The notes beneath the pieces are model-generated. The model had not been told where the DNA came from, searched no databases, and was given only the letters and a program-made list of their open reading frames with translations. DNA of 64,000 nucleotides from Eutreptiella sp. 'Long Island Sound 2002' (Eukaryota > Protista > Euglenida): positions 162,254,001 to 162,318,000 of the forward strand of contig OZ038378.1 in NCBI GenBank assembly GCA_964036045.1. Reading direction: 5' to 3'. A program made the translations under genes and the position numbers. Positions 59,517-64,000 of the stretch are shown here, piece after piece (positions within the stretch are counted from its first letter, which is position 1; every line of letters begins with the position of its first letter).

Positions 59517-59600
<84 letters not shown>
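59517..59600. repeat. (CT)n microsatellite, ~40 units
   Basis: Read directly. Confidence 0.98.
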
Positions 59601-59602
<2 letters not shown>

Positions 59603-59781
59603 GCACACACACACACATGCACACACTTTCATGCTACATTCCAGGAGTCAACAGCACAGACAACACAACAGCATGCAGACAGTACAAAACGGTGCTTGAC
59701 GCACAACGGTGATGCCGAGTCCTAATCTCCCGCGGCAAACATTGAGTGTGAGCCAGAGGCGGCATCCAACCCCTTGCCAGA

Positions 59782-60102
59782 TCACATCATTGAGTTCCCA
59801 GCCCAAGATGGACACCGGTCCGACGCAAAATAAGCCGCCAGTTTCGGTCTCTGCTTCATCCACGCATGAAACTGCTTGGCCGCAGACAGCCTAATGCACT
59901 CCCACGTCCTGGGGAACTGCGCGGCCGCGGCGTCAAGGGCGTGAAAGAGCATGAAATCGGCGTACGTCAGCCCCGGCCCCGCCGTGACAGGCTTGGGCTC
60001 ATACGTGTAGGGGTGGCACGAAAGCACAACGATTTTCTCGAAGTGCTGCAGCCACTCTTGCAGCCGGCCGGCCTGCCAGATCCCCGCCTGCTTGTCAGCG
60101 GC
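59782..60102 (-). CDS. Glutathione S-transferase, terminal exon (C-terminal helical domain); upstream exons were not found and presumably lie beyond the window
   Basis: Acceptor CTCACACAG| then AADKQAGIWQAGRLQEWLQHFEKIV...AGPGLTYADFMLFHALDAAAAQFP...KQFHAWMKQRPKLAAYFASDRCPSWAGNSMM-stop. It contains the GST N-capping motif (T-x-A-D) and the RP...Y terminal motif. Confidence 0.85.
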   Translation of the reverse strand, partial: AADKQAGIWQAGRLQEWLQHFEKIVVLSCHPYTYEPKPVTAGPGLTYADFMLFHALDAAAAQFPRTWECIRLSAAKQFHAWMKQRPKLAAYFASDRCPSWAGNSMM

Positions 60103-60944
60103 CTGTGTGAGGGACGTGGGCTACGGTCAGGGCTGTGCTTAAAAGGGGGGGCCATGAGCAATGGATACTGCGCTCACACATGCTCCCGTGACACAGGCAT
60201 ATGATTAAAAGGGGGGGAGGGGGGGGGGTTTGGCACAAGGCCTTGGTGGTTGGCTCTGTTAGCCTGTGGCGGCGCCAGTTGGCCTCTCGCCCTTGAACCT
60301 TCTGCTATGACAAGCAGGCATCCGCACTACTGCGGGCACCCGCACTGCCGCGGGCATCCCCCTGCCTGGGTGGGAATCCAGAATGCAACTTCTGCCCATG
60401 GCGTCCTCCCCTGACGGCCTGATCAGTGCCTGGGATGCAGTCATCACGAAGACCCCAGGCGGGGGAGGTGCTCACCACAACCAGTCACGTGAATGTCACA
60501 CAAGGCCATGGGTGCTAGCTCACCAGTGCGTGACTTGCCAGTCGGGCGTTGCAGTAATATCTTCTGCGCTCTGCGCCATTTGTGGCGAGCACGTTGCAGT
60601 AATATCTTCGCCCAGAGCATTTGCACTCTGTCCACGGCGGAGTATCTTCCCTGCTGGCGGCGGTGAGCAGCCCTGCCCACCAACACGCCCAACAGGAGTG
60701 CACGGAGGGGGGGCCATGAGGCAACGGATACTGGGTTCGCATACGCCCCCGTGTCACAGGCGCATGGTCATCACCACCACGGAGGGGGGGGGGAGGGGGG
60801 GGCTGGGACCCAAAAGATTGTGTACCAAAAATGGCCCGACCAGATTTTCCCTTTTGCAAAATTTGTCTTTTCCCACGATGGTCACTTTGGTAGGGGGGGG
60901 GGGGGTCCCGGCGGGCGACCCCTCATCGCCGGAAAAAAAAAAAA

Positions 60945-63900
60945 TTAGTTACGGCGCTGAGTGATGCCGAGAGCGCAGGCGACCTGTAGCCTTGCCGTTC
61001 CCAGGGTTTCATGAATCTCTGGCAGCACCAACCAAAACACCAACTCAGGCATTGGAGGACCCAAGTGTTCTTGTCCCCTAACTTACTGATACCGCTGAAG
61101 CAAACAGATAGGAAAACGTCCGACCTCTCGTACAGCCCCCCCCCCCGAAGGAACTCTGGGCTATGGTGCGTGAGCACAAGACGCGATCAGCACAAAGCGC
61201 AGAAAGAAATGTGGCTCGTCAGTGGCCTATAAGACCATAGGTACCTTTCTGTCAACAAGGACGCAAAGATGCCAGTGGACGGACCACTGAAAAAGCGAAC
61301 TGCAGTGAGGACGCGGCGGTACGTACAAGACCATCGCTATGCAGGCCTCACCGGATCAATCAGTCAACCTGTCACTGAGTTCACATACAACAGGAAACGC
61401 CAGAGACCCCTCCCCCCGGGGCCGAGGCCCCAAACGGATTGATGTCGACGGATCCAGCAATGGGGTAAGGTAAGAGAGGATGGGAAAATCATGGCACCAG
61501 TCGGCGCAAAACTGGCTGCACGGCCCAGCATGTGGCATGTGCCACGAGGCATATGCCTGGTCAGACCAAACTGTCTGGCCCTGTAGCCATCTGTGTAGCC
61601 TGAAAAATAGGGTATCTTGTGTGCACGGTAAAATATACGTGGCATGGCAGCACCATTGGAGTGTGCTGTCAACGTCCCATGGTGTCCTGCTGATGACGCG
61701 TGGCACCGCCGAGTGCAGTGCGCGCAAAACAGTACTTCTGCTGTACCCTGATAGTATAGCCAGCTGCGACCAGGATGTGAGGCTCAGCAGGCAACCCAGC
61801 CAGGTGTGAAGGAAGGGATGCACATTCAAAACTGCACTAACAATGATACCAGAAATATGCTTATGGGCATGTGTTGTCGGTGTTTGCATGGTTACGGTGT
61901 ATTTCAGGTGCCAGTCTGATGTCAGGCCTGCAGGCTGTGCATAAATAAGTGGTGGGTGTGTTCCTTTGAGGTGTGTGGTCATGCCCATGGCAGTTAAGCT
62001 CATGCTCATGCATGTCCCCTTGCAACTCCTGTTGTCGACCGTCATGCAGTCACACAAGACAGGGAGGGTCCAGACCTCTGACAGGGTGTTGCATACCTGC
62101 TGCATTTCGCTTTTGGCTGTGGGCCCACGTGCACCCACTACCACATTATCTCGGAACTGTGCTAACGAAATGGTGTTTCCCCGTGGTGTCGACCACAGCG
62201 GGTGTCCGCGGGGAGAGAAGGAAAGGTTCCCGAGTCTACGCATAAGGTCAACCCTGGTCTTGGCGCCCCATACTGAACGCAAATCGGCGCTTTGCGCGCT
62301 GAATGGTCCGCCCATCGGTATTGCACCCGTGCGTGACCATATTTGACCCGATGCTTGTGTGTATGTGTCTGTGAGGAGGGAGAAGTATACCAGATTCTCG
62401 AGGTCCCTGTGTGCGATGTAGTTGAAACGGCTCGACGTCCCTTTGCCCGCGCGATCCAGTTTTTTGTTATCCCTGTGGATTGACCAAACCAGTTCCTGGG
62501 CGTTCCAGCGACGCCTCGCTGCTAACCATTTAACTGATGCACCTAGATCGGACATGACGGAGGCTGGTGTGACATTGTTGAACTGCCCAGAGCAGTCACA
62601 CTCTCCGATCACTTCGCAGCCCCAGTCTGGCAAACCATGGAACCACGGGTGCAGATCTGATATTTTGAGGACTAAAAAGGAAGCGCAAATTTCTTCAGTC
62701 AGTAGGCGGAGCAAAAGGGTGAAGGCGCGTGCCGCTGACCGCAAGAAGAAACGTTGCAATTGCGGTTCGACAATGGCAGCTGTCGGCCGCCACAAAATAC
62801 AGCCCTTCGTTAGGATTTTTGCCTTGCCAAGGAGGTACAGGAGGGGAAGGGAGCGTGCTGTGTTTACCGGCCACTTGTTCTTTTTGATTATATCATGGAG
62901 GGCTGTCTGGATATTGTTGTTACCGGACAGTGGTCGTGGGTCGTACTTTTCAGACAACAGAAACTGTGCTGTTTCATCCCATACCCATTGACGGCAAAAT
63001 GCAAAAAGCATCGTACTGCCCTTGTCCGCGACTCTCACGCAGGCCATGCTGCTCAGGCTGCGCGCTAGGTTCTGGACTCTGTGACGCAGCAGTGGTTCCC
63101 TGTTCCAATTCTCGGGTGGCAGTAGTGCGGCAATTGATGTGGGCGTGTACGTGTGTTGTATGTGTAGTGTGCGTGCCAACTGGGCCAAGGCGTTCACTGC
63201 CTGGTGTCGTGAACGCGTACCGGAGCAGGGCAGTGGATCTGTAGCTCGCAGTGGAGCTCCCTGGTGCTCAATGTGTACAGGCATTAAAGCGTAGTGCCCC
63301 GCAACGTTAACCACCGTGCCACACTGTTGCCACTGATCGAGTGTGTGCGCAGTGCAGCGGCATGCCGGACGCTCTGTTTGTTTTTCGTGTTTGTTAGCCA
63401 AACGTTCAAATGCTCGCCGAACGTTCAGCGGTGAAGAAGCGACGACTCTGATGCGTGCCCGAATCGCCTGACGTTCCCAGGAGGATCGTTGCGTGTGTCT
63501 GACCATTCTCCTGATGATTGTTTGGATGTGTGATCGTTGTTCGGGTGTGATGTATGGCACTGTGATGTTTACCGGGCGGCAAAGTGGTATGTTCAATCGG
63601 CTCGCTATACGTTCGATGTCTTTGTTCAATATTGCTGCGTGTGCGTAGTCTTTGTTAATGCGCGCGACGTGTGCTTGTCGTAGTGTAGCTTGGAGCTGTT
63701 TAGTGTGTTGTGCTGCAGGGCTTGCTCCTGTGCCGGACGGCAGGGCGGGGGCTGTGTCATTGATCGCCCATTGCTGTGTAGTGTGCCACCAGTGACGCTC
63801 ACGGTAGCATGCCAGGTCGTGGTTGTCCACCAGCTCTACAGGGATCAGTTGCCAGTGCAATTCTGTGGTGTTACGCAGTAAGTCGTGAAAGGAGGATTCC

Positions 63901-64000
63901 TCAGACCCTGCCTGTGTGGTTGTGACGTGCTTGCGCAGCCGCTGTGTCGTGGCCAGTGTTGTTTTTCCCGCGTAGCACGTGAGTAAGTATGTGTGTACAG
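60945..64000 (-). mobile_element. Penelope-like retrotransposon, apparently within an intron of the GST gene; 3' boundary approximate
   Basis: Intact ORF plus ~400 nt of downstream sequence ending near the (A)12 tract at ~60933-60944. The only GST exon found lies 3' of it on the same strand. Confidence 0.75.
61356..63998 (-). CDS. Penelope-like element polyprotein: N-terminal GIY-YIG endonuclease, CxC linker, reverse transcriptase (Naiad/Chlamys-type order); open past the right window edge
   Basis: The frame is open from the window end (46 codons upstream of the listed 63860 start, >=880 aa). EN: CYAGKTT...QRLRKH...RERHWW...AIND. Linker: PACRC. RT: ADKG..FAFC, LYLLGKAK, WRPTA, ECDCSGQFNNV (A), AIPMGGPFSAQSADL (B'), QFRDNVVV (C). 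Confidence 0.88.
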   Translation of the reverse strand, partial: VHTYLLTCYAGKTTLATTQRLRKHVTTTQAGSEESSFHDLLRNTTELHWQLIPVELVDNHDLACYRERHWWHTTQQWAINDTAPALPSGTGASPAAQHTKQLQATLRQAHVARINKDYAHAAILNKDIERIASRLNIPLCRPVNITVPYITPEQRSHIQTIIRRMVRHTQRSSWERQAIRARIRVVASSPLNVRRAFERLANKHEKQTERPACRCTAHTLDQWQQCGTVVNVAGHYALMPVHIEHQGAPLRATDPLPCSGTRSRHQAVNALAQLARTLHIQHTYTPTSIAALLPPENWNREPLLRHRVQNLARSLSSMACVRVADKGSTMLFAFCRQWVWDETAQFLLSEKYDPRPLSGNNNIQTALHDIIKKNKWPVNTARSLPLLYLLGKAKILTKGCILWRPTAAIVEPQLQRFFLRSAARAFTLLLRLLTEEICASFLVLKISDLHPWFHGLPDWGCEVIGECDCSGQFNNVTPASVMSDLGASVKWLAARRRWNAQELVWSIHRDNKKLDRAGKGTSSRFNYIAHRDLENLVYFSLLTDTYTQASGQIWSRTGAIPMGGPFSAQSADLRSVWGAKTRVDLMRRLGNLSFSPRGHPLWSTPRGNTISLAQFRDNVVVGARGPTAKSEMQQVCNTLSEVWTLPVLCDCMTVDNRSCKGTCMSMSLTAMGMTTHLKGTHPPLIYAQPAGLTSDWHLKYTVTMQTPTTHAHKHISGIIVSAVLNVHPFLHTWLGCLLSLTSWSQLAILSGYSRSTVLRALHSAVPRVISRTPWDVDSTLQWCCHATYILPCTQDTLFFRLHRWLQGQTVWSDQAYASWHMPHAGPCSQFCADWCHDFPILSYLTPLLDPSTSIRLGPRPRGEGSLAFPVVCELSDRLTD

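Noticed and set aside
61200-61230. Hammerhead ribozyme core (CTGACGAG on the minus strand) in the PLE 3' region
   Set aside because: No stem II followed by GAAA could be found downstream.
61364-63244. Plus-strand ORFs of 90-189 aa overlapping the retroelement
   Set aside because: They are antisense or off-frame shadows of the long RT ORF.

Overview
This is a repeat-rich eukaryotic nuclear window. The glucose-6-phosphate isomerase sequence and the acceptor-like AGs just upstream of two start codons suggest a euglenozoan, probably a euglenid; this is inference. Three intron-split genes were assembled by hand. (1) A kinesin-6-type motor on the minus strand: 6 firm exons over 22795-17748, C-terminal tail unresolved. 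(2) A complete 14-exon glucose-6-phosphate isomerase on the plus strand (26873-49104, 603 aa, all introns GT-AG) whose first ~42 residues look like an RIIa/Dpy-30 dimerization-docking domain. (3) The last exon of a glutathione S-transferase on the minus strand (60102-59782). Upstream of the GST exon, on the same strand, is an uninterrupted >=880-codon Penelope-like retroelement ORF with permuted order (GIY-YIG nuclease, CxC linker, RT), an unusual FRDN in place of the YxDD catalytic motif, and an extra Cys cluster. A decayed second Penelope-like element lies at ~6.6-8.6 kb. The rest is repeat DNA: a >3 kb nested palindrome, an array of 20-bp palindromes with semi-unique spacers next to an orphan 249-aa ORF, a satellite with a 1212-bp higher-order repeat, a 34-bp minisatellite, a hAT-like MITE carrying two tRNA-like fragments, a long-TIR element, and transposase relics. 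Most short ORFs in the supplied track are repeat-derived noise. All family assignments are by eye; no searches were run.
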